This document shows positions 38,215 through 51,305 of a stretch of 64,000 nt of DNA, one piece after another; within the stretch, counting starts at the first letter, position 1, and each line of letters opens with the position of its first letter. The notes beneath the pieces were generated by a model. It was given only the letters and a program-made list of their open reading frames with translations. It was not told the DNA's origin and made no database searches. The DNA is from Octopus sinensis. Lineage: Eukaryota. The stretch is from positions 107,260,001-107,324,000 of the forward strand of contig NC_043000.1 in assembly GCF_006345805.1 (NCBI RefSeq), read 5' to 3'. A program made the position numbers and the translations under genes.

Positions 38215-38530
38215 CGATGATCCTGCCAGTGTAGGTGCCACTTAAAAAGCACCCAGTCTGCACTGTAAAGTGGTTGTCGTTTGGAAGGGCATCCAGCTGT
38301 AAAAGCCTCACCAAAACTAACCTCACTTGTGCAAGTGCCATGCAAAAAGCACTCAGTCAACTCTATAGAGTAGTTGGTTTTAGGAAGGGCATCAAGCTGT
38401 AAAACCCATGCCAAAACAGACACAGAAGCATGGTGCAGGCTCCTTCCTGGCCAGCTCCTGTTAAACCATCCAACCCATACCAGCATGGATGTTAAATGAC
38501 GATGATGATGATGCTGCTGATGATGATGAT
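38215..38530 (+). mobile_element. RTE-like 3'-tail repeat
   Basis: Same family as 37225 and 45395. Confidence 0.7.
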
Positions 38531-38532
38531 AC

Positions 38533-38573
<41 letters not shown>

Positions 38574-38574
<1 letters not shown>

Positions 38575-38980
38575 GCGTAAGGGTGGCTGTGTAGTAAGTG
38601 GCTTATTTGCGAACCACATGGTTCTGGGTTCAGTCCCACTGCATGACACTTTGGGCAAGTGTCTTCTACTATAGCCTTGGGTCGACCAAAGCCTTGTGGG
38701 TGGATTTGGTGAACGGGGACTGGAGGGGACCCGTCGTATATATGTATATATATGTGTGTGTGCGTATATATTTGTGTGTGTGTATTTGTCCTCCCAACAT
38801 TGCTTGACAACCGATGCTGGTGTGTTTACATCACCGTAACTTAGCGGTTCGGCAAAAGATACCGGTAGAATAAATACTAGACTTACAAAGAATATGTCCT
38901 GGGGTCGATTTGCTCGACTAAAGGTGGTGTTCCAGCATGGCCACAGTCAAATGACTGAAACAAGTAAAAGAAGAAAAGAG
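38574..38980 (+). mobile_element. SINE family 1, full length
   Basis: Similarity to other copies. Confidence 0.9.
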
Positions 38981-40365
38981 TATATACATACATAAATACA
39001 CACACACACGCACACACATATATATTTACACACACACACACACACATACACTAGCAATGGACCCTGGGGTGCATTGTATCGTTATATTGTACTATTCCTA
39101 TTATTATATTATATTATTTGTTGCTTTCTTATGGGTAGAATCAGCACATGAGGTGTATGAAACAGACAACACTCTTTTATAAACATGTTTTTCTGTCATT
39201 TTCTGATGAACAATGCTACAGTTTCCAAGTACCAAATTCAGCCACAAGTTTGTGGTTGGCATAGGGCTATAGTAAAAAAATACTTGCCCAAGGTACCCTG
39301 CAGAAGGACTGAATGTAGAACCGTATGGTTGGGAAGCAAACTTCTCAACCACACAGTCATTCTTGCACCTAATATGTGTGCCTGTGTGTGTATGTTTACA
39401 TTTGTTGTTAAATCGAGTATTGTGTCCCACTATGTCTCAAAGTTAGCAGTTCATCAAGCAAAGATCTATAAAATAAATACCAAATTGAAACACATATTGA
39501 GGTCAGTATGATCAATTAAACTTCTAATGGTGATACCCCATCATGATGACAGTCGAAAGACTAAACCCAGTAAAATAATGTCTAAAGACTTCATGGCTTT
39601 AAATTTAAGGTAATGGATTACTAACCACAAAATAATGAGTTCAAAACTTCACATTGGACTTCCATTCTAAACGATAACAATATATGTACATCTCAGTCTA
39701 CTTGACTTCCAACAATTAAGAATTGTAATTTGAAGTTGAACAGTTAGCAGTACAAAGATGTTCAGATTTCTTAAAAATTTATTGTGCAAGATATTCTGAG
39801 AAAAATATTTTTTGTCACCACAACAAAACACACACACACACACACACAGGTGTCTCGGTGGTAACTTGAGCTATTACAAATAGCAGCCAAATCTCTTAAA
39901 ACACACCTTTACATCAAAAGAAAGACACAGATTTACAGTATTTCAGGAAGAAAAAAGTATGCAATGGATCTGCTAAATGAGAGGCAACTCAGGGCTAAAC
40001 AAAACACAGAAAAACATACTTCACATTAAAAGATTATCTACTAAACAATACTAATAAAGTTGTCAGTATATCTTCGAAGTTTCATTCTCAGGTAAAACGC
40101 TATGTATTTTAAACATTTTCTCTTTATGCTGTATCTAAGACAAAGATAGTTCAGGCAGAGTCGCCTCCTTTAGCTAAAAACCTCAAAATTGTGCAACCCA
40201 ACCTCGTTTGCGAGGTTATTTTTGTTGTAAAAAAGAGTTGTTGGGCAAAAAACATACTTTATTTGGTAACTGAAAGATTACTGAATCTTCTGATGTCGCA
40301 TACATCAAAATTGGCAACTCAGTTTTCAAATCCATAAGGAACATATGCATACACAATACAACACA

Positions 40366-40404
<39 letters not shown>

Positions 40405-41139
40405 CTGTTGTAGTATGTAAGATATATATATATGTATTTTGTGAATATTTATTTTATAGTTTTTGTTTAAAATTAAAAGAGGAAGAGGCTGAAATAATTA
40501 TTATCTATTATTTTAAAATATACAATGAAAAAGTTTATTGCAAGGAAAAACATGAAATAGATTTAAAGAAAGCATTGCAATTAATTTTTTTTTAATTAAA
40601 AAAATGGTAATACTAATGGCTTATTAATGGCCAATTATTGTTCTTTTAAAACATTTCTGAAATACTTAACTCTCATATTATTATTGTTGTTGTCATTATT
40701 GCTGTTGTTGATGATGATGATGTGATACTGGAAAGAAAATTGAACACCTGCATGGTTGATTATAATCAATATTAGAAATGTTTATTTTACCCAGAATCCT
40801 TTTTAATTTTATGATGTCTATGAAGACTGAATTACATTTATAATTATTTAAAGCCCTCTAAAGCTTCCATCTTGCTCACACACGCACTCTCTCTCTCTCT
40901 CTCTCACATACACACACACACACACAAAACGCATACACACATGCATGCATACATACATGTGGCCGGATCAATAAGTATCCGGACTGTTGCCATAGTAACG
41001 AAGCTAAAGCATAAAGAGTGAAGCCACTTGCACAAATTGACCATGTACTCTGTTGTGCATGCATACTAAGTCTTAATGTTCTAGCTCACTTCTGCTATTT
41101 ACAGCAGTGCTTGGAAGGAAGGTGTATAGCATGTGATCA

Positions 41140-42110
41140 TCACATCATATTCAGTACCCAAGATACACTTTCAGCTTCAGGCCTATTATTATTGGAGCAA
41201 CAGGATATATACCAACTCATCTGGAGCAAAGGATGGCTCTTGGGGTCTTGGAGAGAGATTGCAAATCCTTAATTCATATGCTACAAATGATAATGATATC
41301 TGGGACTATAAAAATCTGAAAGACCCTCTCGAGACTTAAAAGATCTTGGTCAAAAGAAAATACTTTCCTTTACAACCTTGCTGCCAAGTAGGTGGCTGGT
41401 CAAAATTTACTCGAAAATTAAAAAGAGAAAGAGAAGAACATGCATATAAAAGTTATGCATGGGTATGTTTCCCATAAACTAGGAAAGGCTGACAATATCA
41501 ACATGAAGTGTAGCCTCTTTTGGACTTGTGATTGTTACATTATGCCACATCTCAAAAGCTATGCTTCTGCAATTCAAGAGCAGGAAATAGCTACAAAATA
41601 TCTCAAGAAGTGAAGCCATTAAAATCCCAGGATACAAATGCAAGTATCCATTATGTCACTCTTCTGTGGAGGACATAACACATGTAATCAGCAGTTGTTC
41701 AAAATTGTCATTGAGATACTACCTTCCACAGTGACACGATGTTATTGCCAAACAATTATACAAGACTACCCACAGAAAACACACCCCTGAAATAAACATA
41801 AACAACACCTCTGCTTTGGTATACTTACATATCAGTACAAGGAATACTGATTGAACATTTCCCTCAAAACTAAATTTCTACTAAGTGCCAACATAACAGG
41901 CCTGACATTGTTATTTGGGACAGAAAAGCAAAGTCATGTATAAAGTTTATTTGCCCTGCAGATGTGAACATCTCTTCCGAAATCAGTAAGAAACAGAATA
42001 TCTATGAACAACTGCATTGAAACCTGAAATTCCTCTACTCTCATTTTTAATTTGCACTAATAATCATTATCCCAAGTTTACTCGTGCATTGCAAATGCAT
42101 CTTTTTAGAA
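41140..42110 (+). pseudogene. RLE-type (R4/Dong/NeSL-like) LINE C-terminal remnants
   Basis: ASAIQEQEIATKYL, CCHC knuckle C..LCHSSVEDITHVISSC, RHDV-like segment, CQHNRPDIVIWDRK (PD..D nuclease). A separate YPRYTFSFRPIIIGATGYIP fragment lies at ~41155-41220. Confidence 0.8.
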
Positions 42111-42214
42111 CCAGACTAGTATACTCGGTCAGAATTAACTTTTAATTTTAGCACTCAAATGAGTTTATTTGTTTTGTGTCATTTCATTTTTGAGCAATCA
42201 TGAATTTACTCGCG

Positions 42215-42625
42215 TTGTTTAAAAAGAATAAGTATTTTTTCATTTGATGGATTTGGCTATCTGGAATGCTTATGTTTTGTATAAAGCATCTTTGGAAACT
42301 TCAGCTTCTGCTATGAAATCGCTGAAGGTTAGAAAGCAAATGATCACCAAGATTATTGAAAAATATAGGCCCTTATTGCCTCCCATGAAACCAGGAAGAC
42401 CATCAGAGATCCCACATCCAACAATATTTGCCCCAGCTGGTCACTTACCCATGGAAATACCACCAAGTGATAAGAAAAAGAACTCTACAAGACAGTGAGC
42501 AAAAAGTGCAGAGAAGAGAGACGCTAAAGGAAAGAAGATTCAAAGAGAAAGCAGATATATGTGTGATGTCTGCAAGATAACTTTGTGTGTAACTCCTTGT
42601 TTTGAAAATTATCATTCTAAATAAA
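42215..42625 (+). pseudogene. piggyBac (PGBD4-like) transposase C-terminal fragment
   Basis: FFHLMDLAIWNAYVLYK and Cys-rich tail ESRYMCDVCKITLCVTPCFENYH. Confidence 0.85.
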
Positions 42626-43565
42626 CTGTCTATCTCATTTTCTAAAAATTTTCCTTTGATTTAAAAGCAATACATCTTATAAAAAGTCGAAGATAGTTAA
42701 GTTGTATGTATTTTTTCAATGTCCGAGTTAACTCGTTTAAATCCAAATAAAAAAAGGGAAACAAGATAAAAAAAATTTTTTTTGTAATTAACACAGTGCA
42801 TATAATTAAAAAAGGAAATAAAAGAATATACTCTGAAATGAAACGCCATGTCAAAATAATTGATCCATAAAGGGGATAATCACTAATAATAATAATGTTT
42901 TGTTAGCACTGTACCTAAATGAATTTACAGAGAAAAGTCTCTAAGTGTAACAGTGAAAGTATGTGCAATTTTCTTAAAGTTCAATATTTAACAATATAAT
43001 GGAGTTTTTATTTCTTTCTTTGAAATCACTTCCTTTATTCTAGAAAGAATGCTAATAAATAACAAGACATACACACATACATATATACATACATAACCAA
43101 CAACACAAACAACTGATTTAGAGTTGGCAACAGGAAGGGTATCAGAAAATTTTCCCAAGTAAATTCTGTATAACCCATGCAAACATGGATGAAAAGTGTA
43201 CATAAAAATGATGAAAAGAGGCCTGCAAAATAAAATATAAATTATTTCTGGCATATGACTGATTAGATTATATTAAATATGGCTTCAAAAGCAAAGATTC
43301 TGCTATGAACAACACTTTACATTGTATTACAGAAAAAATATTGATTTATTTTGTGAAGTAGTGCAAGGCCACACATTTTGTAGCAATGTCAAAGTGAATC
43401 GACTTTCTTTTATGACTGCTAATTATTTTATCAATGCTAGAATGATGAAAGATAAAGATGCCACCAGAGGGATTTGAAAGTAGCACTTCAAGGATTGAAA
43501 CTTATATACTGTGAATTATTTAAATCAGCATGCTATTATTTCTGCCACTACAGCATTTCTTGCCT

Positions 43566-43603
43566 ATGTGTATTTGTATATATATATATATATTATATAT
43601 ATA

Positions 43604-43673
<70 letters not shown>

Positions 43674-43682
43674 ATATGTATG

Positions 43683-43717
<35 letters not shown>

Positions 43718-43742
43718 ATATATATATATATATATGTGTATG

Positions 43743-43800
<58 letters not shown>

Positions 43801-43803
43801 TAT
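43566..43803. repeat. (TA)n/(TG)n microsatellite
   Basis: Directly visible. It is the source of several spurious IY-rich ORFs. Confidence 0.97.
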
Positions 43804-43976
43804 AAAATGAGATAGGGGTTGTAAATTCAACCCTCATGGGATAACATATATCCAATATACTGCTAGAGAAGTACCCAACAAAGCTAATACATAAATGTTA
43901 AAAATTGCGATGCAATTAATTCATTTACTGTATTAGGTGGGCAAAGGTAAAATTATTTTTACCATAAATTAATAAT

Positions 43977-44080
43977 ACAAAATGAGAAAATGGAGAATAT
44001 ATCTAAATCAATCAACAACTGATTCGGTATTATCTGATAGTTGATGATTGATTTAGATATATTTCTCCATTTTCTCATTT

Positions 44081-44083
<3 letters not shown>
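43977..44083. other. 107-nt hairpin with ~43-bp arms
   Basis: ACAAAATGAGAAAATGGAGAA-TATATCTAAATCAATCAACAAC ... GTTGATGATTGATTTAGATATATTTCTCCATTTTCTCATTTTGT. Confidence 0.9.
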
Positions 44084-44122
<39 letters not shown>

Positions 44123-44278
44123 AGTAATAAGAGAGAGACCAGATGTGGTCACTCTAACGCTAGAAATAGATCCGCAAAGGGAATCCACCACTAAAGAATT
44201 GTTCTCAAGCATTAATTCAACACGGCAAGAATGTAAGCGGGCAGGACAAATGAAAAGTAATAACGAAAAAATAGATTA

Positions 44279-44354
44279 ACTCTATACAATTGTTTCATCG
44301 TTAATAGATTGAGTAATTTTACTTACTCAATCATTTTCGAATCATCAGTAGAGT
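44279..44354 (-). ncRNA. Type I hammerhead ribozyme (minimal palindromic helix III)
   Basis: ACUCUA-CUGAUGA-long helix II (GAUUGAGUAA/UUACUCAAUC)-GAAAC-AAUU-GUA|UAGAGU. Confidence 0.8.
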
Positions 44355-44827
44355 ATATCAAAAATATAATTTGCTGAACCGAATGCCAAAATCCATACGA
44401 AGCCGAGCAAAGGCGAACGGCACAGCTGATTATATTTGCAGTTCAAATATCCTCACACCTGGCGCGTTGAAAATACCGGATGTAAATACTACCCCAGTAA
44501 TTTACTGCCGGTTTGAGAACATATTAATTTATAATTAAAATCACAATAAGGGTGAAAAAAATTGAATATTAATTAATAACATCAATTTAAAACACCAAGT
44601 TGCCTAGTGAAAAAAAACTGGGATACAGTAAAAATTATTAATACAAGTAATAAGAGAGAGACCACATGTGGTCACTCTAACGCTAGAAATAGATCCGCAA
44701 AGGGAATCCACCACTAAAGAGTGAGGATATTTGAACGTAACTGCAAATATAATCGGCTGTGCCGTTCGCCTTTGCTCGGCTTCGTATGGATTTTGGCGTT
44801 CGGTTCAGCAAATTATATTTTTGATAT

Positions 44828-44903
44828 ACTCTACTGATGATTCGAAAATGATTGAGTAAGTAAAATTGCTCAATCTATTAACGATGAAACAGTTGTATAG
44901 AGT
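44828..44903 (+). ncRNA. Type I hammerhead ribozyme, second copy
   Basis: ACUCUA-CUGAUGA(44834-40)-helix II-GAAAC(44886-90)-AGUU-GUA|UAGAGU. Confidence 0.8.
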
Positions 44904-45175
44904 TAATCTATTTTTTCGTTATTTTTCATTTGTCCTGCCCGCTTACATTCTTGCCGTGTTGAATTAATACTTGAGAACAATTCTTTAGTGGTGGATTCCC
45001 TTTGCGGATCTATTTCTAGTGTTAGAGTGACCACATCTGGTCTCACTCTTATTACTTGTATTAATAATTTTTACTGTATCCCAGTTTTTTTTCACTAGGC
45101 AACTTCGTGTTTTAAATTGATGTTAATTAATATTCAATTTTTTTCACCCTTATTGTGATTTTAATTATATATATA

Positions 45176-45258
<83 letters not shown>

Positions 45259-45394
45259 ATATATATATATATGTATGTATGTATGTATATATATATATAT
45301 ATGTATATATATGTATATATATGTGTGTGTGTGTGCACACGCGTGCATATTTGAAAATATGAGAGCCCTTCAAAGATGGTAACATAGTGTGCAT

Positions 45395-46050
45395 GATGTG
45401 GCCAACGACAGAACCGCCTGATTGGCACTCGTGCCAATGGAACATTAAAAGCACATCTGAACGTGGGGTGTAACCGGCCCACTTATGAGTAACCCTCATT
45501 CATTGGACAATGAACTTTGCTTGCGAAGACCTATTGAGGCAAGTGTAAACAAACCAAAATCGCTGACGTGGCTGATGACAGTACTACCTGATTGGCACTC
45601 ATGCCAGTGGAACATTAAAAGCACATCCGAGTGTGATTGTTGCCAAGGCCACGGATTGGCTCCCATGCCAATGACACATGAAAAGCACTATTTGAGCATG
45701 ATCGTTGCCAGCGTCGCCTTACCGGCACATGAAAAACAACATTCGAGCATGGTCGTTGCCAGTGCCGCCAGATTGGCTCCCATGCAGGTAGCACATAAAA
45801 ACACCTTTTGAGCATGAGCATGGTCGTTGCCAGAATTGCCTGACTGGCCCTCGTGCTCGTGGCATGTAAAAACCACCCACTACACTTTCGGAGTGGTTGG
45901 CGTTAGGAAGGGAATCCAGCTGTAGAAAGTTTGCCAGACCAGATTGAGCCTGGTGCAGCCTCTGGCTCACCAGTCCTCAGTCAAACCGTCCAACCCATGC
46001 CAGCATGGAAAGCAGACGTTAAACGATGATGATGATGATGATAATGATGA
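45395..46050 (+). mobile_element. RTE-like 3'-tail repeat with internal tandem modules
   Basis: Repeated GATTGGC.C.C.TGCC...AAAAGCAC...GAGC.TG.TCGTTGCCA modules. Ends CCATGCCAGCATGGAAAGCAGACGTTAAACGATGAT. Confidence 0.75.
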
Positions 46051-46054
46051 TATA

Positions 46055-47365
46055 CAGGGTGGGGAAGAGAGGACAGACGTTTTTGAAAAATTCATAAAAT
46101 CATTAATTTTAGCTGCAAATAAATTTTATTAACATCAATGTGTTCGTATTGAATTAGCATTTGTCAAAATAAAGTGTAGAAGACAACATCCATTATGAGG
46201 TGTCCATTTTCATTGATGCATTTCTGAAGGCGTTCTTGGAAGTTGGCCTCCATTCTCTCCAGCTTTGCTCTGTCAACTTGGGCGACTTCCACATGAATAG
46301 CTTCCTTTAAATCACCCAATATGCTTGTGCGCATATACATGTGCCTTGAGGTTTCTCCACAAGAAATAATCACATATGGACAAATCAGGGGACCGAGGGG
46401 GCCATAGAATGTCAGCAAATCTGGAAATGAGGTGGTCACCAAAGAGAGGGCGTAGAATGTCCATTGACACTCTGGCTGTGCGGGCCATAGCCCCATCCTG
46501 CTGAAACCACACACATTGAATAGGCATATATTTTTGTTGTAATTCAGGCACGAAGAAGTTGTTTATCACCTTGATGTAATGCTCAGAGTTCATAGTAACA
46601 GCATTTCCATCATTGTCTTCAAAAAAGTAAGGACCAATGATAGCAGCTTTTCCAACAGCACACCAGACTGTCACTTTTGGGCTGTGCAGTTTCCTTGGAT
46701 ATTCAAGAGCCCAATAACGACAGTTCTGTTGATTTACCATACCACTGAGATGAAAATGAGCTTCATCACATCTTTAACAAAATGAGGTTGTCATTTGCCT
46801 CAAAAATTACTTCCATCTGACATGTAAAGTTAAGCCACTGTGCATAGTCCCATGGTTTCAACTGTTGCCAATGACCAATTTGTACAGGTGGAAGTGCAGG
46901 TCTTCATGCAAAATATCAATCGATAACCAAAGCCAAGTTCAGTGAAATGCCTCCAAGCAGAGCAATTTCAACTCCATATCAAAGCTTATCCGTGTTCCAC
47001 ATTTTCCAGGGTTTGTACCATTCATGGTGCCCCCACTGGTCTCCTATTCATTAGTGTACAGCATGTACGAAGTGCATTCTCCCAGCATTAAGATTGTGTA
47101 ATGGATGGGAACAGCCTGATTTCGGTGAATGTTGCAGTGGCGCTGAAATTCATGCTGAACTCCTGTGACAGACTCTGTATTCTTCACATAACTGTCATAG
47201 GCAAATATGCAATGCTCTATCGTCCACAGCGCCATGGCTTCACCTGAAAAGAAAAAAAATGCTAAGAGACTATGGACCGAAAGGTACCTGTCGGACATAT
47301 GTCCCTCCCACTGCGGCTGAGTAATAGCCATTTCAAAAACGTCTGTTCTCTCTGCCCCACCCTTG
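46055..47365 (-). mobile_element. Tc1/mariner DD41D (rosa/Visitor-like) element, near full length
   Basis: TA-flanked TIRs CA(A)GGGTGGGG.AGAGAG.ACAGACGTTTTTGAAA. WFQQDGA...WPPRSPDLSICDY with 41 residues between the second and third Asp. Confidence 0.9.
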
Positions 47366-47369
47366 TATG

Positions 47370-47411
<42 letters not shown>

Positions 47412-48130
47412 TTACAGATAAATTCCTCAATTTACATAATATTGAGGTCTCTCTCTTTCTTTTGTTGTCTTACCATTTCTATCAATATATATATATGTAT
47501 GTATGTATATATCATTGATTAGAAAACAGACATCAAATTTGGGCCAATGGGCTTTATATAACCCCATACTTCTATACATTTCATCATATACAAATAATAT
47601 CATGGTCATCAACATATAAAAGAAATATATATTTAAACACTGAAGGTAAAAAATATATGCATATATAAAAAATACAAAAATATATATAAGGATCTGTCCA
47701 GAAAAATGTATATAAAAATTTATTAAAGTAGGTGATTAAATGAATTACTAAAACATATTAATAGACTAAAAAAGTTACCCATCGATTAAAAATACATCAA
47801 AATGGTCAGTTCTTAAAAATGAAGCAATCCATGGTAGGCCTGGAATTCAAGGAGCGTAAGAGAGTTCCAAAAAAGGGTAAGTCAAAATCCACATCTATGT
47901 TTGACAGATATTATATACTTTTATATATGTGTGAATGTGTGTATAAACACAAATTATCTCAGTTTAGTATAGGTACACACACACACACACACACAAACAC
48001 ATATATATAAGAGTAACTGTGCCATCAATAATGATGGTGGGTGTTTTACTAAACTTTAAGATAATTACATTTTGGCTTATATTTATGAATACTCGAGTTT
48101 CTAATTAGAGATATTGCTGAAAAATGTGCA

Positions 48131-48359
48131 TACTCTTTTACTCTTTTACTTTTTTCAGTCATTTGACTGCAGCCATGCTGGAGCACTGCCTTTCTTTAGT
48201 CGAGCAAATCGACCCCAGGACTTAATCTTTGTAAGCCTAGTACTTGTTCCATCAGTCTCTTTTGCCAAACCGCTGAGGTACGGGAACATAAACACACCAG
48301 CATCGGTTGTCAAGTGATGTTGGAGTGACAAACACAAGCACACAAACATATACACACAC

Positions 48360-48438
<79 letters not shown>

Positions 48439-48620
48439 TATATATATTTACACATATACGATGGGCTTCTTTCAGTTTCCGTCTACCAAATTCACTCACA
48501 AGGCTTTGGTTGGCCTGAGGCTATAGTAGGAGACACTTGCCTAAGGTGCCATGCAGTGGGACTGAACCTGGAACCATATGGTACGTAAGCAAGCTACTTA
48601 CCACACAGCCACTCCTATGC
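48131..48620 (-). mobile_element. SINE family 1, CpG-eroded
   Basis: Similarity to other copies. Confidence 0.9.
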
Positions 48621-49390
48621 ATGATGAAATTTACTGATGGGTGTATGAAGATGCAATTAGAAATGCCAAAGTAACATGAAAATAAGAAAATTATATTTAT
48701 CACACTCCAAATATTATACAGGTTTGATTACTTTTAATATGTACAGTATATTGCAGTCAATGAGTCACATGTTATTCTACATTACTATTTTCTCCAATAA
48801 ATGCTCTACATAAATTCATAAATGCTGTACATGTGTATATATTCAAAACTACCAGAATATATCCATATTTACTCATAGGCACATGATCTTACAAACAGGT
48901 TACATATATTCATTTCCTAAAAGGTTGACGAGGGACAGTAGCTCTTGTTTATGTTAAAGCTTCACATTTGCAACATATTTGACATATTCCATGCAAAAGC
49001 TACAAATGTACATAATAAGCATTATTATTCACATTCACTGCAAAAGTTTCTGAAGAACAATATTTCTTGTATAGATATGAGGAGGTATCAACACACCTGA
49101 GCTTTCTGAGCTTTCAATCTGTAATTTCAAATCATTTCTGCTATTTGTCCGGCTTAAAGTAAGAAATACATGCATATAATGTAATAAATAAAGAGGTTAA
49201 AGTTGAATTCATTATATCTTCGTCGCTTTGAGACCATGGCCTTTTCATTGACAAAATTCCATGCTGCATCATTATATCTGTCAGTAAGGTAATAGTGGAA
49301 TGCTGTAGAATATATGAAGTTGAACAATTAATAATAGAATAAGCATACATTTAAATATATATGGAGCATATCAAAAATATATTAATAATA

Positions 49391-50664
49391 TATTGGGTTG
49401 GCAAGTAAGTTCCTGCCGCTTTTTGAAATTTTGGAATTTATTGTTTTTAAATTTGGGAATCTATTTTTTTCAAGAATTCTATTTTTGAATCATTTTGAAA
49501 TCTATTTTATTTTCTTTTTCTAGTTAATTTTAGTTAATTTTTTTTTTATTTTCAAATCATTAAAACGGAATGTCAAGTTTAAAAAAATGTGCATTTTCGA
49601 CACCTCCTTTTTGCTTTTAATCAAGGTTTTAAGGCCGCAAAAGCTGCTCGCAACATTTGTGCTGTGTATGGAGAGGGTGCCATAGCTGAAGGAACCGCTC
49701 GTGATTGGTATGCCAAGTTCAAAAATGGAAATTTTGACCTCAAAGATGCACCTCGTTCTGGCCGCCCAGTTGAGTTCAATGAAGAGCGATTAAACCAACT
49801 TTTGCACGAAAATTCTCATCAAACGACAAGGGAACTGGCAGAGAAAATGGAATGCTCCCACACTGCTATAGAGAAGCATCATCACCCGATGGGAAAGGTT
49901 CAGAAGTATGGAGCTTGGGTTCCGAATGCTTTAAGTGACGACTCACAATCTCCGCTGGTTTGCTTGCTCGTCACCACTCAACTCATGGACACAAGCAACG
50001 ATTTCTTTACCAAATTGTTACTGGTGACGAAAAATGGTGCCTGTACATCAATATGAAGCAGTGTAAGGAATGGCTTAGCCCCGGTAAACAAGCAACACCA
50101 CACGTGAAACAAGATCTTCATCCACATAAAACGATGTGCATATGGTGGGACTGGGAAGGGATTATCCATTACGGATTGCTTGAACGGAACCAAACAGTCA
50201 ACATGGAACTCTATGTTCAACAGATGGAATGACTCAACATGGCTATTCAAGAGAAAAGACCTAATCGGCAGCATGGAGTTCTTCTGCTGCATGACAACGC
50301 CCGCCCTCATAGTGACAATATGACCAAGGAAGCCATCCAAATGCATGGCTGGAAAGCACTGCCACACCCACCGTACTCTCCTGATTTGGCACCAATGGAT
50401 TCCCACCTCTTTCAACCTCTTTCAAATGCTATGGGCAGAGCTTCGTTCAATACTGATGCAGTATTGAGAGCTTGGTTGGATCAATGTTTCAAGTCGAAAT
50501 TGGGTGATTTCTCCAAAACGAGGTATTGAAAATCTTGTTGAACGTTGGGGAGAAGTTGTAAACAACAAGGGTGAATACATTATTAATTAGTTGTTATTTT
50601 TTATTAAACCTTTTAAGAAATTTAAATTTAAAAAAACAGCAGGAACTTAGTTGCCAACCCAATA
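49391..50664 (+). mobile_element. Full-length mariner (DD34D) with disrupted transposase
   Basis: TIRs TATTGGGTTGGCAA.TAAGTTCCTGC. HFRHLLF, PRSGRP, GAWVP, IVTGDEKW, LLLHDNARPH, HPPYSPDLAPMD, with frameshifts and a stop. Confidence 0.95.
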
Positions 50665-51029
50665 TATTGATAACACAGTGTATCAAATATATTGTTCAGA
50701 TTTACCAATCAGATAAAAGGGAAAATTAATTTGATCATCAGAATTTATGAATATAAAATCTTTGGTTGAGCATTATGAGACAAATTAAAAAGCAGAATGA
50801 ATTTCGAATATAAAAAGAATAAGTGACTCCAACGAGTAATAAGAGTTTGTACCAAATAATTTAGGAAGTAAATTGTATAAAGTGATACAACTTCAGCTGC
50901 TTGAGATGATTGTGCATTATAAAACAAATCTATGTATATGAATATACACAGTGTATTATATATATTAATATATATATGTGTGTTTATACACCCATATACA
51001 TAGATGCATACATACATATGTACATACAT

Positions 51030-51270
51030 GCACATATCTACGTAAAAAGCATCCAGTCCACACTGTTGACATTTGGAAGGACATCCAGCTGCAAAAAGGA
51101 CTGAGTCCACTCTGCATAGTGGTTGGTGTTAGCAAGGGCATCCAACTGTAAAAATCCTGCCAAAACAGACACAATAACCTAGGGTAGTTTTTCTACCTGG
51201 CTGGCTCCTGTCAAACATCCTATATATATGCATGGAAGATGGATGTTAAACAATGATGATGTTGATGATA
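51030..51270 (+). mobile_element. RTE-like 3'-tail repeat, degenerate
   Basis: Same family as 38215. Confidence 0.6.
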
Positions 51271-51274
51271 CATG

Positions 51275-51305
<31 letters not shown>

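Larger units (their letters stand above)
44121..45168. mobile_element. Non-coding Penelope-pLTR/retrozyme-like element, 523-nt monomer in partial tandem plus inverted copy
   Basis: 44121 repeats at 44644 (period 523). 44721-45058 is the reverse complement of 44121-44456, and 45059-45168 is the reverse complement of 44531-44643. (TA)n on both sides. Two hammerhead motifs. Confidence 0.85.

Noticed and set aside
43474-43855. IY-, MYV-, THT-, LS- and YLSI-rich ORFs here and at 10144, 15114, 33084, 34791, 45127, 57508 and 58769
   Set aside because: These are translations of microsatellites that lack stop codons in some frames.
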